Below are positions 18,040 through 26,975 of a stretch of DNA of 64,000 nt, in pieces. The stretch is from a virus. Every line of letters begins with the position of its first letter. The stretch's first letter is position 1. Location: positions 1 through 64,000 of the IMG/VR virus record IMGVR_UViG_3300049215_000496; one strand, 5' to 3'. Both the position numbers and the translations under genes were made by a program. The notes under the pieces were generated by a model that was given only the letters and a program-made list of their open reading frames with translations, was not told the DNA's origin and did not search any database.

Positions 18040-18650
18040 GCACCCTTTGGAGACTTGTTCTTCTTGCGATTCTTCACGAAGTAGTAACCCCCGATGCCGG
18101 CTCCGACGAGCACAACGCCAACGATAATGTGCGTTTTGTTGAAGTGGTGCTTTGGCGCGGGTGGGGGAGAGTCGGCTTCGGACTCGGCTGCTGCCGCTGC
18201 GCCGCCGTCCGCCGCGTCTTGTGTTGGACGCAGATCGGCTTCGGGCGATGCGGGCGAAATCTGTGGCGGCGCGGGCGTCGGTGCGGGTGTGGGCGATGCA
18301 GGTGTTTGAACGATCATTTGCGGCGGAGGCGCGGCGGGTGGCGGTGCCAGCGTGGCGGAAGTTGTAGCGGTCACGCGGGTTCGGAGCATTCGACGGCGCT
18401 CCAGAGCGGCCATCTGACGCGCTTGGAACAGCGCCTGCTCGGCACGTCGCCGTTCCAGCTCTTGCTGCAGGCGCTGCCGCTGTGCAAGCTCTGCTTGGCG
18501 TCGCAACATCGCGTCGGCTTCTCGCCGCTGCATCAGCTGTTGTGCTTGCTGTACGGACGGCAGAGGGTGCGGAGCAAACGCACCACGTCGCGCAGGGGCG
18601 TATTGCATTATCGGCGGGCGAAAAGGGGTCTGGCCAAAATACATTGTCAT
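18036..18650 (-). CDS. Coiled-coil/Pro-rich protein with C-terminal TM anchor
   Basis: Q/R-rich helix, Pro linker, HIIVGVVLVGAGIGGYYFVKNRKK. Confidence 0.65.
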   Translation of the reverse strand: MTMYFGQTPFRPPIMQYAPARRGAFAPHPLPSVQQAQQLMQRREADAMLRRQAELAQRQRLQQELERRRAEQALFQARQMAALERRRMLRTRVTATTSATLAPPPAAPPPQMIVQTPASPTPAPTPAPPQISPASPEADLRPTQDAADGGAAAAAESEADSPPPAPKHHFNKTHIIVGVVLVGAGIGGYYFVKNRKKNKSPKGA

Positions 18651-19021
18651 TTCCTCATGGTGAGAACGAGCACGAGCCCGATACCGACAGCGGCTGCAAT
18701 CACAAGAATGTGACTTTGCTTGTTGATTGGACCGACGGGCGCACCGCCGCCGCCGCCGCCGCCGCCGCCGTCGTTGTCTTCACCGCCGTACCCTTGTGGG
18801 GGATACATTGGCGGAGCTGGAGGCACTCCCGGGCGGCGCGGCGGTCCGAGGGCTTTTTGGACTTGCGAAACAGTCGCCTGTGCTCGGGCGTACTGTTGCG
18901 GCGCATACGTTCGTGCGGCGACGTTCGCAACGTTCTGCACGCGTGGATCTCGAACAGCCGTGGCCACTCCCCGTGCGATGGACGAGAACGGGTTCGAGCC
19001 CAACGTGGTTCCGAGTAGCAC
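18647..19021 (-). CDS. Pro/Gly-rich protein with C-terminal TM anchor
   Basis: G8 tract; KQSHILVIAAAVGIGLVLVLTMRK. Confidence 0.65.
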   Translation of the reverse strand: MLLGTTLGSNPFSSIARGVATAVRDPRVQNVANVAARTYAPQQYARAQATVSQVQKALGPPRRPGVPPAPPMYPPQGYGGEDNDGGGGGGGGGAPVGPINKQSHILVIAAAVGIGLVLVLTMRK

Positions 19022-19103
19022 CGCATTATCCTACGAGGTTGAGCGGACCTGTGTCAATGCAAGCACTTGACCACAAGGCCACTCGTACCGCATCCTGTTG
19101 ATC

Positions 19104-20105
19104 GTGCTCTACGATTCGGCCGCGACGCTTCGCGCACACAGCGTGCGCACGCTCAAAGATCGCGTGGTGTATCTGCGCAAGTTGGTTTGGTGGGGGGACG
19201 GGGCGTTTCGACGGGGCGGTCCCCCAACGGGCGGCTTGCGCGATGCGATGATGCGGCAGATCGGTCTCGCTGTCACAGAGTCGTGCCGCGCACGCGACGA
19301 CATGTGTGAGTTGTCGTCGATCTTCGAATTCGTGAAGCGCAACGTACGGTACACAGGCGACATCAGTGACAAGGACACGTTTCAGTCTGCGTACAGAACG
19401 TTGCAGTACGGCGGCGGAGATTGTCTGCCACTGGACACAATTGTATGCAAAGCTGTTGCCGGTACAGTAACCCCAACGTTTGTTCCGTTGTACACGATCA
19501 TGGAAGGTGATCGGATCATGGCTAATGGCGCGGGAAATTGGACCCGCGTGTTGAAGTGTTGGTTTACAGGGCTGAAACAGATTTTAGTGTTCGAACTGAG
19601 CAATGGAACGGCACTTCGCTGCTCGCCAGAGCACAGACTTCTGTTTTTAAACGGTGGTGAGATTCGTGCCGCTCGCATTGAGGTTGGCGATCAGCTTCTT
19701 ACGCCGCGAAATGAGATACCATTAGAACACGGTACAATTCCTGTTTCGCTTGAAGGTGTTCGTGTTGTAGCTATAAAGGCTGATAAACATGCCAAGTTGT
19801 GCATGGATATAACAACAGATGCAGGTATGTTTTGGCTTCCAGAATCGGATGTGTTAGTTCACAACTGTGACGATCATTCTGTTCTCAACGCCGTGCTTGC
19901 AATGGAGAACGGATTCAGCACGCGCTTTCGCATAACAAGCAACACAGGCGCAACGTGGGACCACATATTCTGTATGGCCGGCGTTCCAAAAGGATCGCCG
20001 CGTAAGTGGGTGGCGCTCGACACGACGTTGCCGGGATCGAACAAGTTCGGTGTGCAACCACCGATGGTGAAGTATCAAGACTTCGATGTGACGGAGGCAA
20101 AGTGA
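19104..20105 (+). CDS. Transglutaminase-like cysteine protease, intein-containing
   Basis: IFEFVKRNVRYTGD, TLQYGGGD|CDDHS (after splicing), WDHIF, WVALDTT: Cys-His-Asp triad pattern. Confidence 0.8.
   Translation: MLYDSAATLRAHSVRTLKDRVVYLRKLVWWGDGAFRRGGPPTGGLRDAMMRQIGLAVTESCRARDDMCELSSIFEFVKRNVRYTGDISDKDTFQSAYRTLQYGGGDCLPLDTIVCKAVAGTVTPTFVPLYTIMEGDRIMANGAGNWTRVLKCWFTGLKQILVFELSNGTALRCSPEHRLLFLNGGEIRAARIEVGDQLLTPRNEIPLEHGTIPVSLEGVRVVAIKADKHAKLCMDITTDAGMFWLPESDVLVHNCDDHSVLNAVLAMENGFSTRFRITSNTGATWDHIFCMAGVPKGSPRKWVALDTTLPGSNKFGVQPPMVKYQDFDVTEAK
19422..19865 (+). mobile_element. Mini-intein (148 aa, no homing endonuclease)
   Basis: Starts CLPLDT, block B LRCSPEHRL, block F CMDITT, ends VLVHN followed by +1 Cys. 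Confidence 0.9.
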
Positions 20106-20398
20106 AATCGCTCACGCGTGGTGAAGTGCGTAAGGTGTTGAAGAAGCTGCGCACGCTGGGAGTCAAGCCTCCGCGTGTTGGGTGGTGCGTAATGGTGATC
20201 GGGGGCAGTGATTCGGTTGAGCTGTGTCGGCATCCGCGCAGCCGTTTCATTCCGAATGACACAGGCTACCAGATCGTGACTCAGCGTCGTGACCACGGAC
20301 TGTTTGGCGCACACAGGAGCCGCCGCAAACCACTGACGGCCGCGCAGCTCCGCGACAAGCTTGCGTGCAAGATCTTCGGCGGCAAAGCGTGTCGGTGA
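20102..20398 (+). CDS. Small basic protein
   Basis: GTG overlaps upstream stop; contains GLFGAHRSRRK. Confidence 0.55.
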   Translation: MKSLTRGEVRKVLKKLRTLGVKPPRVGWCVMVIGGSDSVELCRHPRSRFIPNDTGYQIVTQRRDHGLFGAHRSRRKPLTAAQLRDKLACKIFGGKACR

Positions 20399-20613
20399 TG
20401 AACCATCCCAACGGCAACATGCGCACGCTCGTTCTCCCGTCCGGGGGCACGATCGACATCCCGTTGCCGGGATCGAAATCCAGCATCGTGATGCGCCCGT
20501 CGTCCATGCTCCACGACGCTGATGGTGGATCCAACATTCCGTTGCTGATCGCGGGCGTTGTAATCGGTGTCGCTGTCGGTGTCGCTGCAACGGCCTGGTA
20601 CCTCCGGCGATGA
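20398..20613 (+). CDS. Small C-terminally anchored membrane protein
   Basis: LLIAGVVIGVAVGVAATAWYLRR end. Confidence 0.6.
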   Translation: MNHPNGNMRTLVLPSGGTIDIPLPGSKSSIVMRPSSMLHDADGGSNIPLLIAGVVIGVAVGVAATAWYLRR

Positions 20614-20801
20614 ACAGCGCGCCACCAGCCAACGCGCCGACTCCAGGATTTCCTGTCTTCTGGACGATGTTCGGGCGGATAGTTGCGCAGATGCTCGGTG
20701 AGAGGGCATTCGCCGAGATCGTGGTAACGCTCAAGGACGGCAATATCCAATTCGTGCGCGTCAATCGAACGTATTTGCCTGGCAACCTGCCCAAGGTGTA
20801 G
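20610..20801 (+). CDS. Small protein resembling DUF2292/YezD family
   Basis: FAEIVVTLKDGNIQFVRVNRTY resembles the (F/Y)GxxxIxxxDGxIxxI hairpin pattern, from memory. Confidence 0.5.
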   Translation: MNSAPPANAPTPGFPVFWTMFGRIVAQMLGERAFAEIVVTLKDGNIQFVRVNRTYLPGNLPKV

Positions 20802-20813
20802 GCTTTTCGTGCG

Positions 20814-21470
20814 ATGATGTACCAAGCTGCACGATCGCTGGGCGCCGCGGTTCCCACAAACATCCTGCGTTTGCAGAATGCGCTCGTCGCGCTTGGGCGC
20901 CGGAAGAATGATCCCGCGTTGATGATCTCTGTCGACGGGCTTGTTGGTCCGCAAACAGTAAATGCCACGCGACGGGCGCTCATCACATATGTGGTTGCGG
21001 GTGCTGGATCGGCTCCTGCCAACTGGGGACGCACACTCACCACATCCACGCTCAGAGCAAATGCAACCGAGATTGCAGGGTACATCGAGCGTGCCGCGGG
21101 GATTTCACCCCCGGCGGCTCAAGGTGACGATGGCCTCATGACACCCGCGTCGTTGTTTCCCGTCCCGTCTACGCCGTCGGCTCCGACGGTTCAACATCCC
21201 GGAGGATCCATGCCTGCGTATCAACCACAACCGCAATACTACCCACCCACGCAGTACGCGCCTCCGGTGCGGGCGTATCCCCCGCAAGGATACGGCCCGG
21301 CACGCGGCCCTGGCGATCTGCCCACCGATCGCGCGACATTGGATGTCAAAGCGTTCATTCCAGCGCAGTATGAACACGTTTCGATTTCACCCTTCGTTGG
21401 AATCGCACTGATCATCGGCGTTGTGTCGTTCGTGTACGTGATCAAGCAGCACAAAATCGTCGCTAAGTGA
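20814..21470 (+). CDS. Peptidoglycan-binding-like domain protein with C-terminal TM
   Basis: LQNALVALG..VDGLVGPQT; Pro/Tyr/Gln linker; TM plus basic end. Confidence 0.65.
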   Translation: MMYQAARSLGAAVPTNILRLQNALVALGRRKNDPALMISVDGLVGPQTVNATRRALITYVVAGAGSAPANWGRTLTTSTLRANATEIAGYIERAAGISPPAAQGDDGLMTPASLFPVPSTPSAPTVQHPGGSMPAYQPQPQYYPPTQYAPPVRAYPPQGYGPARGPGDLPTDRATLDVKAFIPAQYEHVSISPFVGIALIIGVVSFVYVIKQHKIVAK

Positions 21471-21838
21471 TTGGCGCTATGGCTTTCCTGAAAAACCTGT
21501 CACTGTTTCTGCTCGGGTTGGCCTGCCAAGTGCTGGCATCCATTTTTCCTAAGTTGCAAGGAGCCTTGATAGGTCCCGGGTCCTTGCTGTTGTCGTTGGC
21601 AGATCTGAAACTTGTTACGAATGGCAGTTTCGTCAAACACATGACGCTGTTCGTGCTAGGAATAGCGTGCAATGTGATTGCGGCGCTGTTGTCTGCCAGG
21701 TTTGGATCTGCTTCAACAGCCCTTTTGCTGGCCGGAACAACGTTGATGTCGAACTCGGATCTGCGACGAATCCTGAAAGGGCCGGAAGTGCCCGCAGCGC
21801 CGATGGTTACACCGGACGTCGAAGCGAAAGCCAAGTAA
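21467..21838 (+). CDS. Internally duplicated multi-TM protein
   Basis: FLKNLSLFLLGLACQV..ADLKLV repeated as FVKHMTLFVLGIACNV..SDLRRI. Confidence 0.6.
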   Translation: MIGAMAFLKNLSLFLLGLACQVLASIFPKLQGALIGPGSLLLSLADLKLVTNGSFVKHMTLFVLGIACNVIAALLSARFGSASTALLLAGTTLMSNSDLRRILKGPEVPAAPMVTPDVEAKAK

Positions 21839-21841
21839 GGT

Positions 21842-22048
21842 TTACAGCAAAAACCCGTTCGGTTTTCGACTCAGTAACACCCACGCCGTCCCGCCAACGA
21901 GCCAGAACACCACGCTGTGCGCAACGACAGCGGCAGCGGCCTGTGTGATGTCGTGTTCGCGGTGCACGACTTTGCGCACGAGCATCGAGGCACCGGCGCC
22001 AGCGATTGATCCGAGCGCGACTGGAACAATGAACTTCCAGATAGCCAT
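21842..22048 (-). CDS. Small two-TM protein
   Basis: MAIWKFIVPVALG..; two hydrophobic helices. Confidence 0.5.
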   Translation of the reverse strand: MAIWKFIVPVALGSIAGAGASMLVRKVVHREHDITQAAAAVVAHSVVFWLVGGTAWVLLSRKPNGFLL

Positions 22049-22096
22049 TGGGGGCTCGGCAGCTGCAAGGCGTTTCACGCTTTCATATTCGCCGAT

Positions 22097-22126
22097 TTGA
22101 CTTTTCCCCGCAACTGCGGGCACACT
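22097..22126 (+). promoter_or_regulatory. Sigma70-like promoter for leader RNA copy 1
   Basis: TTGACT-18 bp-CACACT, 6 nt before ACATAA. Confidence 0.5.
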
Positions 22127-22132
22127 GGATGC

Positions 22133-22219
22133 ACATAACGGGAGGGTTCACCTCTCGAAACAGGCGATCAGAGTAACTGGCGCTCCGTGTAGGCACTCCC
22201 TACACCGAGCGCCTTTTTT
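22133..22219 (+). ncRNA. Structured leader RNA/attenuator, copy 1
   Basis: ACATAA, hairpin CGGGAGG/CCTCTCG, CGATCAGAGTAACTGGCG, terminator GGCGCTC-C-GTGTAGG..CCTACAC-C-GAGCGCC-T6. Confidence 0.65.
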
Positions 22220-22236
22220 CGTTTCCGGAGACCCAA

Positions 22237-22866
22237 ATGCTTCAGCACGGCGAATACGGTACCTACGGATCAATCCCTGCGCTCGTGATGCGCTCCGGGC
22301 AAATCCGCCCCGTTTCCCCGGACGACGCTCGACAGGATCTCAACACAGCGCATGTGCTGCGCATGACCGATTGGCGGATGAAAATTCCCGCCGAGCCGAT
22401 CGTCGTGCCGATCCCCGCGCCGCCGAGTCCGATCACGTCCGCTGTTGCACAAACCGTAACGGCAATCCCTCCGGCGCCGATCCAGACCGCGCCTGCCACA
22501 CCACTCCCCGCCGACGCGAGCGACAAGCACCACTGGCACACCGTGCACCGTGGTGGGGGCAGTCACGCGATGATTCGTGAGATCCAGCGGCTCCATCCGA
22601 AAGCAGGACTGCGCGGATCTAATGACGTCGAGCTGGGCGAGTGGAACGGACGTCCGATCGCCAAGTTCGAAATCGCGTCGAGCCCGCCGGCTGGTGGTGC
22701 CGAGATCGCCGCGGGTGCGATGCGCCAGGCTGCGCACGCATTGCGCACAAGCGGGCTCGCGTCGCTGCCGCCCGAGCTGATCGGCGGACCGCTTGCGGCG
22801 CTCATGCGCGGTGGTGCAGTCGAGCTTCATTTTCAGAACGGGGCCGTCGTGAGGACGGTTCTTTAG
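22237..22866 (+). CDS. Hypothetical protein, first gene of putative capsid operon
   Basis: GGAG RBS; Pro-rich linker. Confidence 0.6.
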   Translation: MLQHGEYGTYGSIPALVMRSGQIRPVSPDDARQDLNTAHVLRMTDWRMKIPAEPIVVPIPAPPSPITSAVAQTVTAIPPAPIQTAPATPLPADASDKHHWHTVHRGGGSHAMIREIQRLHPKAGLRGSNDVELGEWNGRPIAKFEIASSPPAGGAEIAAGAMRQAAHALRTSGLASLPPELIGGPLAALMRGGAVELHFQNGAVVRTVL

Positions 22867-22889
22867 AAACCACAACAAGGGAGAGAACG

Positions 22890-23015
22890 ATGGCCAAGAG
22901 ACATTGCCGGTTCGGTGTGAACAAGAAAACGAAAACGCACACGTGCTTGAAGCGCAAGCGCAAAGCACGAAGCCTGTCGGGGGCGCATCGCCATCGTCGA
23001 CGGCACTGCAGGTAG
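22890..23015 (+). CDS. Very basic 41-aa protein, putative DNA-condensing core protein
   Basis: MAKRHCRFGVNKKTKTHTCLKRKRKARSLSGAHRHRRRHCR with AAGGGAG RBS. Confidence 0.6.
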   Translation: MAKRHCRFGVNKKTKTHTCLKRKRKARSLSGAHRHRRRHCR

Positions 23016-23064
23016 ATTCACCCCGCCACGCAGCAACCCAACTTCAAAACAAGGACAAAAGAAA

Positions 23065-23598
23065 ATGAATCTCGGACGACATCGACGCCGCGGCTTCGGC
23101 GAGGGTTTTGGCGGCCCTCACATCGCAGGACCACTCATCGGTGGTGGTGCGACGCAGATCGGAATCATGCTGGCGCATCTCCACGCCAAGAAAAATCCTG
23201 CAGCGCTTCGGCATGCAGGGTTGCACGGGGCTGTGCTCGGGGGTCTCGTTTCGGGACTGCTCGCGCTCAGCTCGAAGCATCGCGCGACAGGCATCTCGGC
23301 TCTCGTGACCGTGGGCATCATGACGGCGCCTCGAATTCTGGAAGGCTTCATGGGTCTCGGGCACCGTCAAGAGCAGCTGAAAGAAGCCGAACTAGGCATC
23401 ATCACGCCGGAGCAGTACCAAGCGCTTTCGGGCGCCGGTGAAGAGCCCGCCGTGCAGCTGCTCGATTCGGGCTCGGGATCGACGGGCGTGTTGGGGACGA
23501 CCGTGGCGGAAGAGTATCACGGCTTGAGCGGTGCTGGTGACAGCCCCGTCGAGCTGCTGGGCAACGGCTTCGGCACGAACTTCCTGGCCGCGCAATAA
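23065..23598 (+). CDS. Putative major virion membrane protein
   Basis: AAGGA RBS; three hydrophobic segments; two LSGAG repeats; directly upstream of capsid candidate. Confidence 0.6.
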   Translation: MNLGRHRRRGFGEGFGGPHIAGPLIGGGATQIGIMLAHLHAKKNPAALRHAGLHGAVLGGLVSGLLALSSKHRATGISALVTVGIMTAPRILEGFMGLGHRQEQLKEAELGIITPEQYQALSGAGEEPAVQLLDSGSGSTGVLGTTVAEEYHGLSGAGDSPVELLGNGFGTNFLAAQ

Positions 23599-23722
23599 GG
23601 CATTCCGGACACGTGCTGCTGGTGATGCGGCAATAGTGCGTGTCCGTTTCAATCAATCCATCCGCATCAGGTCGTTGGGACCATACCGGCACAAGCCGAC
23701 CCCAACAGAGAGAAAATGACAC

Positions 23723-24511
23723 ATGGCGAATACTGGCACACTGACTGTGCGTGTTCGTGGGGTACCGTTCCCCATCGAATTCGCAGACTGGACGCACGAT
23801 CGTCTGTACCACACGGTGGAGTTCGAGGGCTCGGATGCCCAAGAGATCCAAGTGTTCATCGGAGCGGCGGGTTCGCCGATCCCCGGTGGAAGCCGCGTGC
23901 TGACGATCGTCGACACCAACATCCCGCGCTCGGGTGACACCGGGTTGCAGGAAGGCTGGGAGATGCTCATCTACTCGATCCAGATCGAGGTGGTGCGCGA
24001 GATGGGTCGAAACGCTGCGCAGCAGTCGTTCTCACTCCAAGACATTACGACGGCGGGTGGCGCGACGCAGTTCTCGCGCAACACGCACGTCGGCGGGTAC
24101 GATCCGATCAACGCCTCGGGCGGCGTGCTCTTCGACTTCCTGCGCAAGGTCTACCATCGGTTTCAGGTGAACCAGAAGGTGCAGAGCGAAGGTCCCGTCG
24201 AGAAGTATCCGCAAGGGTCGGGGATCAGCGTTTTCGGCGTCACCACGGGGTTGGAGGTCGCGAACAATGGCGTTCCTTCTCCTCGTGATCAGTCGGCGTT
24301 CGTTTTGCCGATCTGGCTGCGCCCGAACATTGCCTACGTGGGGAAGCTTGCTCCTCAAGCGGCGCTCGGGATTGGCGGTCCGGCTGCGGCGATGGGGCCT
24401 CCGTTCGCGACGGTTGGAGGTTACTTCGACTGGACGGGAATTCCTGCGACGAACCTCGGGTTTGACGTTCGGGAAACGCTCGAAGGTCTGTTGAAGCGAC
24501 CTGTTGTGTAA
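23723..24511 (+). CDS. Candidate major capsid protein (single jelly-roll-like, large)
   Basis: 262 aa beta-rich, strongly C/G-ending codons, followed by strong terminator; LYHTV..F..,TNI..G.L, EGL.KRPV end; fold is inference. Confidence 0.5.
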   Translation: MANTGTLTVRVRGVPFPIEFADWTHDRLYHTVEFEGSDAQEIQVFIGAAGSPIPGGSRVLTIVDTNIPRSGDTGLQEGWEMLIYSIQIEVVREMGRNAAQQSFSLQDITTAGGATQFSRNTHVGGYDPINASGGVLFDFLRKVYHRFQVNQKVQSEGPVEKYPQGSGISVFGVTTGLEVANNGVPSPRDQSAFVLPIWLRPNIAYVGKLAPQAALGIGGPAAAMGPPFATVGGYFDWTGIPATNLGFDVRETLEGLLKRPVV

Positions 24512-24557
24512 ATTCAACTATTTCACGCATTTAGCGTGAAGTTGTAGAATCCACTTC

Positions 24558-24600
24558 AAAACGCCCCGATGGCAATTGCCCATCGGGGCGTTTTCTTTTT
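24558..24600 (+). terminator. Intrinsic terminator
   Basis: AAAACGCCCCGATGG-caattgc-CCATCGGGGCGTTTTCTTTTT. Confidence 0.85.
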
Positions 24601-24627
24601 GCGGCACTTCGGACTATCCTTTCATCC

Positions 24628-25128
24628 ATGACCATGAGTGCAGACGCATCTCCCGCTCTTTCTTCTATGCTGGTCCAGCTCGGACCGCTGATTCACGGTG
24701 TGATGCAGCGGATCCAACCGATGCTGGATCAGCCTGTCGTGCGTTTTCCGTACGCGATCCCACTCGCGCGCAGTCAGGTGATCTCTGCAGGGCAGACGGG
24801 AGCCATCCTTGCACCGGCGGATTTTCAGTACAGCTTCGAGTATCCGTTCGAAGTTCACGAGCTGAAATTCTCGCAAGATCCCGCGCACACGTACCGCGAC
24901 TGGCGAATCGCGTTCATGGATCAGACGTTCAACCAGCCGCTGCAGAAGGCTTCCACGTCGATGGTCGCCGATCTCGTCGACGACAACACTGGCAAGTGGG
25001 TCTGGAAATTTCCGTGGACGATTCGGCCGAAAGGGGGCGGGTTCAACATCGTCGTCGACAACCTAGACACGGTCAATCCGATCACGGTCGACATCGCGCT
25101 CCTCGGGTACATGCTCCTGCCGCGTTGA
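24628..25128 (+). CDS. Candidate small capsid/jelly-roll protein
   Basis: ~166 aa beta-rich, ends ITVDIALLGYMLLPR; adjacent to capsid candidate. Confidence 0.45.
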   Translation: MTMSADASPALSSMLVQLGPLIHGVMQRIQPMLDQPVVRFPYAIPLARSQVISAGQTGAILAPADFQYSFEYPFEVHELKFSQDPAHTYRDWRIAFMDQTFNQPLQKASTSMVADLVDDNTGKWVWKFPWTIRPKGGGFNIVVDNLDTVNPITVDIALLGYMLLPR

Positions 25129-25130
25129 AA

Positions 25131-25550
25131 ATGGCCTTCGACAATCCAGCAATCGTTGGAGTTCGCGCTACGCCGGGATTTGTACCCGCGCCGAACTCCA
25201 AGCCGCTCGGTTCAAAGACCGGCGCCCCCCCGCGCACGCAGTTTTACAGCCGCCCGGTAATCCCCGCGACGATGCTCGGGCAGGGCGGAGGCTCACCGAC
25301 GCAAATCGTGGCGGGCACCGCGGAGAACCGCGTGGCAATCCTGACAGCACCGTTGATCGGCTTTACCGTGTACATCGGGGGCTCGGGCGTGACGCCACAG
25401 AATGGCCTTGCACTGACGCCAGGGCTCAACTACGAAGCGATCCTGCCAGGATTGCAGGAGCTGTTCGCGGTGACTGACGCACCGGTGTTCGTTCCGCTAC
25501 AAGTCCAGGTCGCGCCGGTACTGATGGCGGAGCGCGAACGGGAGACTTGA
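25131..25550 (+). CDS. Small beta-sandwich virion protein candidate
   Basis: NRVAIL..VYIGGSGVTPQNGLALTPG..LFAVT pattern common in phage structural proteins. Confidence 0.5.
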   Translation: MAFDNPAIVGVRATPGFVPAPNSKPLGSKTGAPPRTQFYSRPVIPATMLGQGGGSPTQIVAGTAENRVAILTAPLIGFTVYIGGSGVTPQNGLALTPGLNYEAILPGLQELFAVTDAPVFVPLQVQVAPVLMAERERET

Positions 25551-25554
25551 TCTC

Positions 25555-26133
25555 GTGCTCCCCCTGGCGCTGCTCGCCATCGCCGGAATGGTCACGGCGG
25601 CCATCAAGCTCACCGGTGGTCCGAATCTTACGCGCGTCGCCGCTGGACTGAGTCTGCCGCTTCAGTACGTGCAGCTCGCGTCGACGTGGGCGCGTAAGCG
25701 CAGCCTCCCCATCGAATGGGTGCTCGCGACCATTTTGGTTGAATCCGGGGGCAACGCACGTGCTGCTGGCGATGCTGACGGGCGGTCCGCCGGGCTCATG
25801 CAAGTAAACACCGTGGCGCACGCACAAGAAATGGCAGCAGCGGGCGTGACGCGTGCTCAGATGTTCGATCCCGCGACCAACATCGAATGGGGCACGAAGT
25901 ACATGGCTGCGTTCCGAGCGCAGATTCAAGCGGCTTTGGGTGGCCGCCGCTCGCCCGCGCCGCTCGACGAGATTCTGCGCTTGTCCTACAAAGGCCCCGC
26001 GGCGGTGCTGTCCGCGCTGAAGCGTGGCGAAGATCCAACCAGCACGATTTCATGGGCGCCTGCGGCGCTGTCAAACTGGCGACAGGCGATGGCGCGCGTT
26101 ACAGCTTTGACGCGCAGCAGATCAACGGCTTAG
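25555..26133 (+). CDS. Lytic transglycosylase (SLT domain) with N-terminal anchor
   Basis: VESGGNARA (catalytic E), SAGLMQV, FDPATNIEWGTKYM. Confidence 0.85.
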   Translation: MLPLALLAIAGMVTAAIKLTGGPNLTRVAAGLSLPLQYVQLASTWARKRSLPIEWVLATILVESGGNARAAGDADGRSAGLMQVNTVAHAQEMAAAGVTRAQMFDPATNIEWGTKYMAAFRAQIQAALGGRRSPAPLDEILRLSYKGPAAVLSALKRGEDPTSTISWAPAALSNWRQAMARVTALTRSRSTA

Positions 26134-26384
26134 TCAGACTGCGCAGACCGGCGTGCACACGCTTTGGCTTCCCAGAACTTCCTGAAAGCGCGATTGCCTG
26201 CTTCACAGCGCTGCTTGGATGGCTGCTGTGATTCCATCACGCGTTGTTCTTTGGTTCCTGCTTTCAGCAATTCAGAACAACTGGTGAGACGATCGGCACC
26301 GTACTCCGTCGCGCGATGCCGCGCGGTGTACATTTCTTCTGCGATACTGCGCAAGCACGCTTCCTGGTCAGGAAGGGCTTTCAC
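26130..26384 (-). CDS. Small Cys-containing helical protein
   Basis: ACLRSIAEEMYTA..RCEAGNRAFRKFWEA; paralog at 28143..28419. Confidence 0.65.
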   Translation of the reverse strand: MKALPDQEACLRSIAEEMYTARHRATEYGADRLTSCSELLKAGTKEQRVMESQQPSKQRCEAGNRAFRKFWEAKACARRSAQSD

Positions 26385-26495
26385 CTATGCAGGTAGCACC
26401 GGCCGACTATGATCGTGTAAAACTAGCACAGCGGCCGGGGGTTGCGTCATGCCCCGTCACAGGCGTAGAGTAATAGCCATGCGGGGGAGCCTCCA

Positions 26496-26975
26496 ATGAT
26501 CTGCCGGACCTACGTCGTCAAGATGCCCACCAGTTCCTCGTCTACGCCGTTGGACATCTTGGTGCAGGATTCTCCCGGAACGCAGGACGCGCCCATTGTC
26601 GTTGGCGATGCTGCGTACTACGAGTGGCGCGGGCGCCCGGTGCGCATCCCGGTCGAATCGGGAGGTGCACCCCCATCCGCCGCCGCCATCACAGCAGGGT
26701 TCGTGCCGCGCTTTCGCCTGGGGTGCCTGGTGAGCCTCACACCGATTCGCACGGGCATCGCATCTGATCTACCTGGCATGCAGCTTTCGTCGTCGCTGGC
26801 GTCGTTGGCCAGCACGGACGGCGGTCCGGTGATCAACATCCCGGCGTTTGCCGATCCTGCGGGTGGCCCTGCGATCCGCTTGACCGGTGGTGTCGGCACG
26901 GCGGGCGGGTACTACCTCGTGGCGTTGAGGATTCCCGAGGCGAAGGACGAGGACCGCGAAGGCACGGGCGTGTGA
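26496..26975 (+). CDS. Hypothetical protein
   Basis: RBS GGGGAG; promoter TTGCGT-18-TAGAGT at 26442-26471. Confidence 0.55.
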   Translation: MICRTYVVKMPTSSSSTPLDILVQDSPGTQDAPIVVGDAAYYEWRGRPVRIPVESGGAPPSAAAITAGFVPRFRLGCLVSLTPIRTGIASDLPGMQLSSSLASLASTDGGPVINIPAFADPAGGPAIRLTGGVGTAGGYYLVALRIPEAKDEDREGTGV

